NCBI GenBank assembly: GCA_951406725.2
Contig: OX597815.1
Span: 26,102,001 to 26,166,000 of the forward strand
Reading direction: 5' to 3'
Source: Octopus vulgaris
Taxonomy: Eukaryota
DNA length: 64,000 nt
Shown: piece by piece, positions 39,627 through 51,895 of the stretch
How positions within the stretch are numbered: position 1 is the first letter of the stretch
Layout: the number at the start of each line of letters is the position of its first letter
Notes under the pieces: generated by a model
Seen by the model: only the letters and a program-made list of their open reading frames with translations
What the model was told of the DNA's origin: nothing
Databases searched by the model: none
Made by a program: the position numbers and the translations under genes

Positions 39627-42262
39627 CGTGCGTGTATGTGTGTCTGTGTGTATATACGGAAAGAGAGAGCGGGGAAGAGATAGATAGATATACACACACA
39701 CGCACGCACACACACACACACATACACACGTATAATTATATACGTCATTCAACTACTACCTAGTTGAATAATATTTTTAAGACCGCAATTTACTCACACG
39801 CAACATCTTTCAGGGCTTGTCGCTTATTCAATTTTTAACCAAATTGAAAACCGTTAACGTTTTTGAAGAGGACTGGTCCCTAGTTACATTTTGGCATAAA
39901 AAATTGAGATTTGATCCAGCAGAAAAAAGTTTACATCAAAACTTTTAGCAAAGTTGTAGGAGAGTAAGTAATGCCACCAATCAAGTTTAGATCTAAATGA
40001 CTCTTTTTTAATTTTAAAAACAAAATATATTTATCTTGGCTTCAACAACAGAAGAAAGCATGAAGAATGTCATAGTTTTGTTCCCATGCAACAAATTTTT
40101 GTATCAAAAAAGTTGTGAGGTAAAATATCAGGAAAAAATAGTAAGGCAAAAAACTGGATTTAAGTATAATTAACTTTTTTTATTTTAAAAACAAACTATA
40201 TTTTAATTAAGCTTAAATGACAGAGCTCAATTCAAGGAATATCACGGTATCAATCTCATGCAATGAGGTTTTAAAAGAAAAAAGTTATGAGTGTTTTTTT
40301 CTCAAATTTGTGGGGGATAATGTAGTTCTATGCCTTTTTTATGAATATAGTTATATAAAGGGACTTTTAATATATATTAACGATGTCATTGATGTAAGGA
40401 AAAAATTATCAACGACACCGATAATTGACACATTTCACACATTATCAATTAGCATAATAGCATAGCCTGGAAAAATATGGATTACATGGAAAAATGCGAG
40501 CAAGAGAAGTAATATTCTTAAGATTATAAACCTGGAAAATTACAGAACAAGTTATTACACTTGGAAAAGTTCAGGACAAGTTATTACATCTAATAAAGTG
40601 CAGAACAAGAAAAATTTTACTTAAAATATTGCAGCTAAGGATAAAATTTGAATATCAAAAATTATTTGACATTAATTTACAAACCTACCATCATTTTGTC
40701 AAAATATTGACATACTAGAATACTTAAAAAACGAGAGCCAGAAGTACCGATATAGCTAAAATTTTATGCAAAGAGAATAGTATATATGGTAGGCAAATTC
40801 ATAATGTAAAAAACAGGAGGCGTTGGGTCAAGACTAAAAATGTGAAGACTTGGCAATAACTCGAGCAAATTATACTGAATTTGTTGTTATAGGTAGATTT
40901 TATTGTAATATATAACTAATTTTTGTATTATTCTATTTACTATACTAACTAATTATGTACTACTATTATTTTTTATAACACATTTCAAATTTCTAATTAT
41001 TAATTTTAAAAAATGAATTTTTTTAAAGTGCAAAAAATATTTTGAGTTATTTTTTATCATTCAACCACCGTAGTGGTTGAATATATTCTTAAGTCCACCA
41101 TTTCGTCAATCGCAGCAAATTCCAAGCGTCACCACTAATTCAATTTTCAACTAAATTGCAAACTGTTAAAGAGTTTGAGATTTGGTTCAGTAGAAAAAAT
41201 GTTACATCAAAATATCTGCGACTTCAAGGGGAGCAGCAATGTACCTATTCACCTTCAATTAACATAGACTTTCTAATTTTAAAATAAAAGTATACTTTTC
41301 TTAGGCTTAAATGATAGAAAAATGTATGAGGGATTCAGAGTCGTTTGTCGCATTGAACAAAAATTAGTAGAAGAAAAGTTATGGGATGAAATGCCACGAA
41401 ATTTCGTGTCAGTAAGAGAGTAAGGAAGTAACGCTTAGCAATAAGAATAAAGAATATATTGCTAAAATGAATGGTTGCGTCCTAAGTCATCTAACTGGCA
41501 GAAGCGTTAGCGTTTCGGGCGAAATCCCTATCGGTATTTCGCCTGTGTTTAAATATTGAGTTCAAATTCCACCGTGGTCGACTTTTCTTTTAATTCATTT
41601 CGTATCTATTCAATTTGACGTACAGATTATTTAATTAATTTTTTTTTAACTAAACACTTTGAAACTTTCGATACTGGTACAATGTGTCACGTACAACAGG
41701 GTTTACTCTTAACGTTTTTGACAAATTTTTGTATTTTAGAAGTTATTTCGTCACAAGTTACAGAATGACAATGAACAAATTCTCGTTTGATAAGTACCAA
41801 TACACGAAACTCTCAGCTTTTGACTTACTCTCTAACTTCTGCTGATGATATATATGCATATTATACATATATGTGTAAAAAATCTCAACACGCAATCAAA
41901 CCAATAAAAGAGCCTCTACCGGGTCGCTTGACACGCTAAAAATAGCAGCCAATATATCCTCTACCCAGTATTTTATAAGGTAAAATCCTGAATTATCAAT
42001 TGACACATTATTCATTATCTTATAACAGTAATGCCTAGAAAAATTATGGATTACATGGGAAAATGCGAGCATGAAGAGTAATATTCTTAAGATTATAAAC
42101 CTGGAAAAGTACAGGACAAGTTATTATACCTGTGAAAGTTTAGGACAAACTATTATTTCAAGTAAAGTAAAGAATAAGAAACTTTTTCTTAAAATATTGC
42201 AGCTAAAATTCAAATTTGAATATTAAAAAATATTTTATTATAATTTACAAATAACACTATAC

Positions 42263-42486
42263 AGCTGGCAGAAACGTTAGCACGCCGGGCGAAATGCGTA
42301 GCCGTATTTCGTCTACCGTTACGTTCTGAGTTCAAATTCCGCCGAGGTCGACTTTGCCTTTCATCCTTTCGGGGTCGATAAATTAAGTATCAGTTACGCA
42401 CTGGGGTCGATGTAATCGGCTTAATCCGTTTGCCTGTCCTTGTTTGTCCCCTCTGTGTTTAGCCCCCTGTGGGCAATAAAGAAATA
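42263..42486 (+). mobile_element. SINE-A, young copy
   Basis: agctggcagaaacgttagcacgccgggcg...gtgggcaataaagaaata. Confidence 0.9.
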
Positions 42487-43269
42487 TATATATATATATA
42501 TCATATTTATTATATATAAATCTGAAGTAGTAGTAGTAGTAGTAGTAGCAACTTTAGCTGTGCTGAATGTTTGTTTGCAATTAAGATTGATATTGTCATC
42601 ACCAAACCGCTTGTGTCATAGTGGTTATGACTGCCATCACCGTCTTCGACTCTCACACCTCCACTCATCGTACTTCAATGAAAAGAAAACCAACAATACA
42701 ACAAATTAACACAAGCGAATGTAGCAAGGCCAGTAACAATAACAACAGCAACGGCAATAACAAAGACCACAGTTACAAATATAAAAACATCATTGAAATC
42801 AGTGTTTCTGTCCGTTAATTGCATTTGGTTTTCCGTATCATAGTAAGCAGTTGGAATTGTAAAACAGAAATAATGCCCCAAAGTCTTGACAAAGCTTGCT
42901 GAAATTTACCATTTTTTCCCAAACACTTCTGTCTTTTCTATTCTACAGTTTTTGTTTTTCTTTTTGTAAATGTACGTCTGCAACATCTATTTGCCAACGG
43001 CAAATTCTTTTTATGAAGTGAGATTATTCTTCGTAGCTAATTCTCTGCAGCAATGCACCTTAAATGCAGCTGCCAAGAATATGTATTTTGTTATTTATGA
43101 TATTTCGCTTTTATTGTTAAATCTGTAAGTCATTAAATATAGAGGGAGATGGCTTTTCTGACTTCACCATTGCTGCCACCACCATCACCACCACTACCAC
43201 TACCACCAAAACCACCACCACAACCACCAAAACCACCACCACCACTACCACCAATAACGATGCTTCAAA

Positions 43270-43660
43270 TTTAGGCACTAAGCCAGCAAATTTAAGGGGA
43301 GATATATAGTCGATTACATCGACTTGATGGTTCGTATTTTATCGACCCCGAAAGGATGAAAGGCAAAGTTGACTTTGATAAGATTTATACTCATAATGGC
43401 AAGATTTATTCTCAGAATTTAAAGTCAGAAGAAATGCCGCTAAGTATTTTAACCGATGTGCTATCGATTCTGTCATCCCACCGTCTTAAATACAACAATG
43501 ATAATTCTTTCTAGTTTTGCAACAGGCCAACAATTTTAGATGGAGTTGTATAGCTGATTACATCGATTTCCACTACTTGACTGTTGCTTATTTTATTGAT
43601 GAAAGACAGAGTTTTCCTCGGCGAGATTTGAACTCAAAGTCTAAAAGGCTGGAAGAAATG
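43270..43660 (-). mobile_element. Two decayed SINE-A copies
   Basis: atcgaccccgaaaggatgaaaggcaaagttgac; gatttgaactcaaag. Confidence 0.7.
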
Positions 43661-44559
43661 TCATTGCAGTAAGTTATTCTTTATAGAAACCCACAATAAA
43701 TAAATAAATAAATAAGGGAAATATGTTAAATAAAATTCACAAACTTACAGAAAATGACCAATCCTTATTCAGTGAAATAAAAAATAAATATGTAAACGAA
43801 CTGAACAAAGATATAACTAAATATGCTGAAAATACAAACTTAAAAGAAAAAGTTGTTTTTTTCTCATTTTGATTGAAAATGAAAAGAGTTGAAGTAACTG
43901 ATTGTAACATAGACACATAGGACTAGACACTTTGAAAGGTCTTGGCACTTTCAATCAAAATTATGTATTTGAAACTATCAAGATATTAATTCTAAGAATA
44001 ATAGCAACATTGGAAGATATTCCAACAACAAAAGCAACAACTGAAGCAAATTAGAAGCCACAATAAATATGATTAGAGAAGTATCTCAACGGAGTGATAT
44101 ATGTTAAAGCTGATATCAGCTGCGGACTAATGAATAAAAATGAACGATCGACTGCATTATTGTTAACAGCTTAGTCCGCACAAAGATAGAATATATCATC
44201 AGATATGACAGGGTTTATAGCAATATCCATATAACTGGGTGTATGGTTATATCCATATGAACTGAAAAAAGTGTGTGGAAGTATGTACCATTCTCGGTAT
44301 GTTGAAATGAAATAGCTGAGGCGCTTGATGATATGCCTCAGCTGACAGACAGGGAGTTCAAAGTGACGTCTAAATATCATAATCAGAACGGAACTACGGT
44401 CTTCAATAGACATATTGATCACTCATTTAGCACCAAAACATCACTCGGAAGAAAGTAGCAAATAAAACTATTTGAGAAAGAATAGCCATTCTGTTCGCAA
44501 TCTATTTTTAGTTGTCTTTTCTTGGAGGTTCGGGACGAACCAAATTTTAACCTAACCTT

Positions 44560-45010
44560 CGCTTCACCATAAGAAGTTACCAACTCTCATGGACGTGTCC
44601 CTCCAAGCGCTAAGCTATAAGCACACCGACTTGTCCCAGTTAATGCGTGTACTCTTTACCACTTAATAATATTTCAGTATGCTGCCGACATCAAATTCTG
44701 ATGCGCTCGACAACGTGACCTGGACATCGTTCTCTTATACTTGAGGACACAGATCTCACTACGATATCTATGTTTCAGCGAGATACTTCCCAATGCATCT
44801 CACTTCTCAGTAATCGTTCGAGCCCCAAAATATACAGAGGAGACGAGAGGAAATATTGCTGACGGACTGAACACGTGACGAGAGACTTTTCCGATATGTA
44901 GCTGTTTAGTTTGGCCACTGAATAACTATCATTGTATGTTGAAGCAATCCATTCTCTTAAGATGAAATCAAAACAAAGGACATTAAGAATAGCAACCAGA
45001 TGTGACATTT
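44560..45010 (-). pseudogene. L1/Tx1-like reverse transcriptase relic
   Basis: HLVAILNVLCF...EWIASTY...SVRQQYFLSSPLYILGLERLLR resembles the RT motif SVRQGCPLSPLLYVLALEPLLR. Confidence 0.65.
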
Positions 45011-45027
45011 GATCTTGCCTTTCATCT

Positions 45028-45237
45028 TTTACTTGTTTCAGTCATTAGACTGCGGCCATGCTGGGGCACCACTTTGAAGACTTTTTAGTTGAATGACTCG
45101 ACCCCAGTACTTAATTATTTTGCTAAGCCTGGTACTTATTCTATCGGATTCTTTTGCTGAACAGCTAATTTATGGGGACGTAAACACACCAACACCAGTT
45201 GTCAAGAGGTGACAAAACTTAGGCACAAAGACATACA

Positions 45238-45273
<36 letters not shown>

Positions 45274-45386
45274 CACCATCACCGTGACCGACCAGGTTAT
45301 CAGATGTTGCAACACATCGCTGATCACAATGCGCTTCGCATTGTTTTAGCCTTCAAATGACGCTACCCCGCTGGCTAAGCGAGCAG

Positions 45387-45421
<35 letters not shown>

Positions 45422-45580
45422 GACTGGCTTCTTCCAGTTTCCGTCTCTACCAAATCCACTCCCAAGGCTTTTATCGACCCGAGGCTATAATAGAAACACT
45501 TGCCCAAGGTGCCTCGTGGTGGGACTGAACTTGGAACTATGTGGTTAGGAAGAAAGCTTCTTACCATACAACCACGCCCG
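45028..45580 (-). mobile_element. SINE-B with nested 120-bp element
   Basis: ttttacttgtttcagtc...gcggccatgctggggcacc...cttgcccaaggtgcc...cttaccatacaaccacgcc. Confidence 0.85.
45271..45390 (-). mobile_element. 120-bp (TA)n-embedded element E1
   Basis: Reverse complement of 58942-59062. Confidence 0.8.
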
Positions 45581-46649
45581 TCTAAATCTTTGAATCACTC
45601 TACCAACAACATATTGCCGATCCGCTGTTTCGCATGATATGGAGGCTGTCGTGGATAAGAGCTGTTAAGAATTGCACAAGTTTCACTCTGACCACTCAAT
45701 TGCCGACAAATCTCAACCTCTTGTAAGATAATAATAACTGAATGTAAAGTATGACAATCTCTTGAGCTGGGTTCACTCTATCGCAAATATTCGTGCCAAG
45801 TCGCGCATTTGAAAATAACTTTTCCCCTTCATTTCAACAGATTGTGGTGCTTGTAAGTGAAAACAATAGCAAAAGAATCGGAACACAAAGTGTGATAAAG
45901 AAGAACGCGATTATAGACATTAAAGTTATATCAAGCCTCACAACTCTTCTGGACATATCCTCCACAGTAACACAACTCATACAGTACGCTCTATACAAAA
46001 ACATAATACACACTCTATACATCATCAACCGATAAAATAAGAACTCACACAATGTATACTATACAGAATTACATCCCAAAAATATAACATAACCCGCCAC
46101 TGCATAACATTACCCAACAAAATATCACAATGCACATAGGACAGGTTTCACACAGCAAGCACACGAAATATTGAAGAAACGTGATAAACGACAAAACAAA
46201 CACCCAGAACAATACAAAACATATATGTAGAACAGGAGAACGGCCCTACGTTTTCCATAGAACATCGCACATGCGCCTCAGGAACATGAATATGCCCTTT
46301 GATGGCACAATAAAAAACTCATATGGAACTATTGAAAGCCTGATGATGATGATGATGAGGAGGAGGAGGAGGAGGAGGAGGTTTCTGAGTTGTTGGGTGA
46401 CATATATAATCTGCTGCCCCATTTAACACCAATTCATCGAGCTGGGTTCACTCTATCGCAAACATTCGCGCCAAGCCACACATTTGAAAATAACTTACTC
46501 CCTTCATTTCAACATATTTGGAGGCCTGAAAAAAATAATAAAAAGGCGTAGGTGATACCATGCTTTCCTTGATGAAGTAATAAAAAATATGGCTGTATTT
46601 ATGTTATATTATATCCTGCAGGTAACAAATAACTGGAAACATTGTTACG

Positions 46650-47280
46650 GATTCGGTACGGAAACTGATATAGATTTGTAAAAACATGTCAATGCCATCA
46701 AGAAAAGAATCTCGAAGAGAAAAAACATTAATAAAACAACACTCATGTTATGATAGATAAAAAAAATTACAAATAAGAGACAAAATAATGACTTATAAGT
46801 GACAAAATAATGACTTATAAATACTTAGGAATTAATGAACCAGACACAGTAAACTCACAAGAGAAAAGTTTATGGAGGAAAATTGTAGACACATTAGATT
46901 AATACTGTTAAACTAAATTAAATACTAAAAACAAGGTAATAGATGTCAATACTCTGGTTCTTTCAGTAGTTTATAGTTATAATACTCTTTACAGGAAACT
47001 GAGTGAATTAGCAAGAATAGACAGGAAAACAAGAAAAATAGTGACTGCACTTCGAATCTGCTACCCAAAAACCAACACAGAAATATATTTCTCACAAATA
47101 AATCGAGGTAGAGTTTCATCTCAAAATACGAAAGTACTATAAAGTATCTACTGTAAGACTATTAAAATATTTAGTAAATAATAAAAGAAATCTGATACAA
47201 ATAGTTACACTAAGTGAACATAATAAAAAAAAATAAGTGTTTTCTGTCTTAAGGGAATCCGATAAATATAAACAGAGACT
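46650..47280 (+). pseudogene. R4/Dong-like RT relic
   Basis: TYKYLGINE, KLNTKNKVIDVNTLVLSVVYSY, RIDRKTRKIVT...YPKTNTE. Confidence 0.7.
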
Positions 47281-47442
47281 GGAGTAACAAAAGCTGTTTG
47301 AATGACGGAAATTTACAATGTATATAAGTTACAAACTTCTATGACATGCACACTTAAGAACAACAGAAAGTAATTTTCCAAACCTTTTCACTTCTCAATT
47401 CTTCGCTTACAATACGACCTTCGAAAGAGACAAAGTGAATCG

Positions 47443-47871
47443 TTTCGGTTTGAACGGCAGTTTTTAACATAATTTCTAGGTAACTAAAAAATTTTAAACT
47501 TCGTATACTGGTAGAATGTGTTTATAAAACATCTTTTTCTCTTGGCTTTATTGAGAAAATTCTATAATTTGTAAGATATTTGTTGTGTTTTTTTCTTCAA
47601 TTTCTGCAATTTCAACCAATCACTGACGTCTATTGAGTTAAAAAAAACATTCTGTGCCGTATGAATATGTCCCTCGTTTAAGAAACAGATTGGTTTTATT
47701 TACATTTGTGAAGAAAAAAAGATACCCTCCCCCCCACCCCTAACCCTAACCCTAACTCTAACTAACCCTAACCCTAAAACAGATTGAAATACAATAGATC
47801 GATACTAGGGTCATAATTATGGGCGACAATTTCATATGACACCGCTAGAAAAACTGCTGTTCAAACCGAAA
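47443..47871. mobile_element. TIR-bounded non-autonomous element containing (CCCTAA)n
   Basis: tttcggtttgaacggcagttttt / aaaaactgctgttcaaaccgaaa; telomere-like repeats at about 47738-47776. Confidence 0.75.
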
Positions 47872-48519
47872 AATTCCGACAAAGTTATACAGATATTAGT
47901 TAGAAACTCCTCCATTCTGAAATATTTAAATTTTCCATTTACAGATTTTACATTGACTTCTGTAAAACTGAACAATAAAACTCGAACTAAAGGTCCTAAA
48001 CGTTGGGCGTCTCAATCTTTATTGATATCTTAGTTTTCAGTTTACGCGTTATTGTTTCTTAATATATAATGAAAATATCGATTTGGTTGAAGTTAAAATG
48101 TTATCAAGATAAGGTAATTCGAAACAAAATTAACCATGTGGTTTATGGAACTAGAAATGACACAATGGCAGTTGATACACCGGATGTGACAGCTGTGTTA
48201 CTGAATTAAAAAAAAATCTTCAGTAGGATATATCTGGGAGGGCCATATTTTTTCTTGGATGGGAGTGGGCGATTACGTATAAATGTGTGTGTGTGTGTGG
48301 GGGTGTATGTGTGTGTGTGTGGGGGTGTATGTGTGTGTGTGTGGGGGGGGGGGGGGGGTGTATGTGTGTGTGTGTGTGTGTGTGTATGGAGCAAAATCTC
48401 TTTTTTATTGACGCAAAATTCTCTACAAGACTCAAATAAAGGCCCGCATTGAAGTATTGCACGCATACATTATTATAAACAAAACCTTCTAGATGCAAAT
48501 GAAAGACTATTCATATATC

Positions 48520-48748
48520 TGTTTCTTTATTACCCACAAGGGGCTAAACATCGAGAGGACAAACAAGGACAGACAAACGGATCGATTACATCGACCCCAG
48601 TGCGTAACTGGTACTTAATTTATCGACCCCGAAAGGATGAAAGGCAAAGTCGACCTCGGCGGAATTTGAACTCAGAACGTAACGGCAGACAAAATACGGC
48701 TACGCATTTCGCCCGGCGTGCTAACGGTTCTGCCAGCTCGCCGCCTTT
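48520..48748 (-). mobile_element. SINE-A, young copy
   Basis: tttctttattacccacaagggg...ctgccagctcgccgccttt. Confidence 0.9.
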
Positions 48749-49020
48749 TAAATATATATTCATATATCTGGTAAAGCGTCACTCAACAAAACGTTAAAAC
48801 AACTGGTCGACGGGCAAACTGTTGCTTCGCTCTGTGTCTTCTACGGATACTCAAATACCCATTGTTCTTCTGAACTAACTGATTGCATACTCTTCCACCC
48901 AGCTATATCTAACGTACACATTATTTTCTATATAATATTCTTTGCTATCGCAATACCCAATTATTGGTCGAATTATTTCTTATCAGGAATTTCATTTATA
49001 TTTTCTTTTGTTTTCTGCAG

Positions 49021-49087
49021 GTTCTAGCCTACATTAATCTTACCAGTCTTAGAAATCCTGAAAAACTCATAGGCTATCCTTGTTCCA
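49021..49087 (+). other. Candidate 67-nt internal exon
   Basis: Polypyrimidine tract ttttcttttgttttctgcAG|G and donor CCA|GTAAGT; one open frame VLAYINLTSLRNPEKLIGYPCS, not recognised. Confidence 0.35.
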
Positions 49088-49357
49088 GTAAGTAAAAAAA
49101 ACGGAAAATTTATTGTGCTGCAACGACTCTGTAAGTCCCTGATACCAGAAAATCAAGGTACTTCTGCAATGAGTTTAGGTCTTTGACATATTGAGTGAAA
49201 ATTATTTTTCTTCTCACTTGTCTAGAGTTGTTGTTGACGTGAAATGAAAACCGTACATACATACATACATACATACATACATACATACATACATACATAC
49301 ATACATACATACATACATGCATGCATGCATGCATACATACATACATACATTCATATA

Positions 49358-49516
49358 GGCGCAGGCGTGGGTGTGTAGTAAGAAGCTTGCTTTCCAACCA
49401 TGTGGTTCTGGGTTCAATCCCACGGTGTGGCACCTTGGGCAAGTGTCTTCTACTATAGCCTCGGGACGACCAAAGCCTTGTGAGTGGATTTGCTAAACGG
49501 AAAATGAGAGATCGTC

Positions 49517-49593
<77 letters not shown>

Positions 49594-49830
49594 TGTGTGT
49601 GTGTATTTATGTGTGTGTCTTTGTGTCTGTGTTTGTCCCCTACACTATCGCTTGTCAACTGATGTTGGTATGTTTACGTCTCCTTAACTTCGTGTTTCGT
49701 CAAAAGAGACCGATAGAATAATTACCAGGATTACAAAGAATAAGTCCTGGGGGCGATTTCTTCGACTAAAAGGCAGTGCTCCAGCATAGCCGCAGTCAAA
49801 CGACTGAAGCAAATGAAAGAACAAAAGAAT
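49358..49830 (+). mobile_element. SINE-B
   Basis: ggcgcaggcgtgggtgtgtagtaagaagc...gcagtgctccagcatagccgcagtc. Confidence 0.85.
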
Positions 49831-50189
49831 ACATACATACGTACATACATACATATGCACATATATACATATGTATACATATTATACCTATTTACACACA
49901 CATATATGTATACATGTATATATGTATATATACATACATCTTTATTTTTCTTCACTAAAGTGGGATTTTCACTAGGTCGTCCCACAAGAGAAAACTTCGA
50001 GTAGTGAAGCAGTAAATTAGCGGATATATTCGAACAAATAAATATAGTGTTGCATATTTATTGAGTGGTGTGGCTGCACAATCATGTGTTTGAATGAATG
50101 TCAAATTTTAGGTAGATTTCTATGCAGTGTTAAGTGATACTCGATGGGTGGGGTATGATTCAGACCTCAGGAGGAATATGGAAACTATA

Positions 50190-50410
50190 TGAGGGAGTAC
50201 TGAAAAGTTGCTGGCTTTTGATAAAAAAAAAATACAGTAGGATCAGTTAATTATGATTTTATTCAACATATTCCTCTTTCTCAGATTCACACACTTATTG
50301 CAGCGGTTCTTCGGGTTTTCTAACCCGTGGAAAAGAACTCAGAAGGCTGGACCTCCAACCAGGCCTTTCACGATCCTCTTGAAGCCAGGAAACACTTCAG
50401 CATCCCTTCG
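50190..50410. mobile_element. Mariner-derived MITE
   Basis: Imperfect TIRs gagggagtactgaaaagttgctggctt / aagccaggaaacacttcagcatcccttcg; TA on the left. Confidence 0.65.
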
Positions 50411-50980
50411 TCGATAGATAAACTATAACACATAACACTATACATACGCATACACTTGCTCTCTCTCCCCCCCTCCCCCCTCTCTCTCTCTTTGCCACTC
50501 AAGGCATACGCGTATATTCCAATACACACATGCGTGTATTCAAACACAAAGACACAACCATACACGAGCGCACGCATAGCATTGTTACAATTAATGAATA
50601 TTTTTTTTTCTTTTGTAAACCTAGCGTAATTATGCACTCTCCGTTCATAGATCGGTCAATCAATCGCTGTTATGATTGCTTTTTCAAATCTCTGGAGAGA
50701 CACAGAAACTGATGACGTTTGCCCAATTAGCTCGGGTCATTGACGTAACTAACATTAAAACCTCTAGCAATCTACAACCGCAACAGTTAAAACTGAATTT
50801 AATTTTACTTTTAAATATATATTGAAATGTATCGAAGATTAATGTAGTGGATACATAATTGTGCAAAGCAAAATATTATCATACATTAGTTATATAACAA
50901 AGAATACTATGCAAGGAGAACAACGGATCGATTGTGGTATAAATACGTCACTATTTTAAAGAAAAAATGAATAGAATACT

Positions 50981-51443
50981 AGCAATAATAAATCTCTGAA
51001 CGAGGTATAAACAGTAACTGCACGACAATGTGAGGTATATTTGCCATCTCAATATGGCTAACCCCTAAGGGTGGGTGTTACTGTAGCTTGTAGCCCCAGG
51101 AGAACATCTCCTCCAGCTGGCTTTAGGCACACTTTCTGTGCCCTTAAGGTATTTGCAAAGGGAGGTCATCCTTCCCTCGTCAACCTAAGTGATACGCAAG
51201 GACTGCAGTTTCTAGGTATTGGCCTGTCATCAGCGTACGACAACCAACGGTTTTCGATGAAAGGGGTCCTAATGCAAATACTTATATCATTTTTCCAGTA
51301 ACTTTCGCCACTGATCTCGAAAAACTGTATGCGAGCAATAATAAATCTCTGAACGAGGTATAAACAGTAACTGCACTACAATGTGAGGTATATTTGCCAT
51401 CTCAATATGGCTAACCACTAAGGGTGGGTGTTACTGTAGCTTG
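50981..51443 (-). mobile_element. Non-LTR retrozyme-like element (353-nt unit, 1.3 copies, HHR, TSD)
   Basis: 110-bp direct repeats at 50981-51090 and 51334-51443; TGAATAGAATACTA at 50968-50981 and 51442-51455; HHR core on the minus strand. Confidence 0.75.
51190..51239 (-). ncRNA. Type I hammerhead ribozyme motif
   Basis: gtacg-CTGATGA-c-agg-ccaata-cct-a-GAAAC-tgca-GTC-cttgcgtat; palindromic ACTGCAGT helix III; helix I is offset by 4 nt. Confidence 0.65.
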
Positions 51444-51829
51444 AATAGAATACTATTTCAAAGGAATGCTGTTATACTAATGTAATATTTTTCTGATTAA
51501 GGCATGATTCCAGTTATTTTGCGAAATGCACGGAGGTAACAGAGTGGATACCTACATGTGTTAGCGTCTAATCGAATACGATTTTATAGGACCTCTTTCA
51601 TACATGTCCGTGCTTTTAGAGTAGGTCAAAAGATGCAAAGTGTGACTGTACATTGCAATCTGTGGGCATAAACTGGTAGTCTCTCGCGGATGAGATATAG
51701 TACAACTTGTGGAGCATCATCAGTACAGATGTGTCTTGTCAGGTGACTTTTCAAAAGGTAATTCGTTCAATGAAGTCAATGAACACCTACCAGGCGTATA
51801 CGCAAAGTGAAACTACTTAAATACATAAG

Positions 51830-51895
<66 letters not shown>

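Noticed and set aside
42263-42350. tRNA genes suggested by A/B-box motifs
   Set aside because: They are SINE heads followed by SINE body and tail; no cloverleaf.
47738-47776. True telomere or chromosome fusion site
   Set aside because: Short, degenerate and enclosed within a TIR element.
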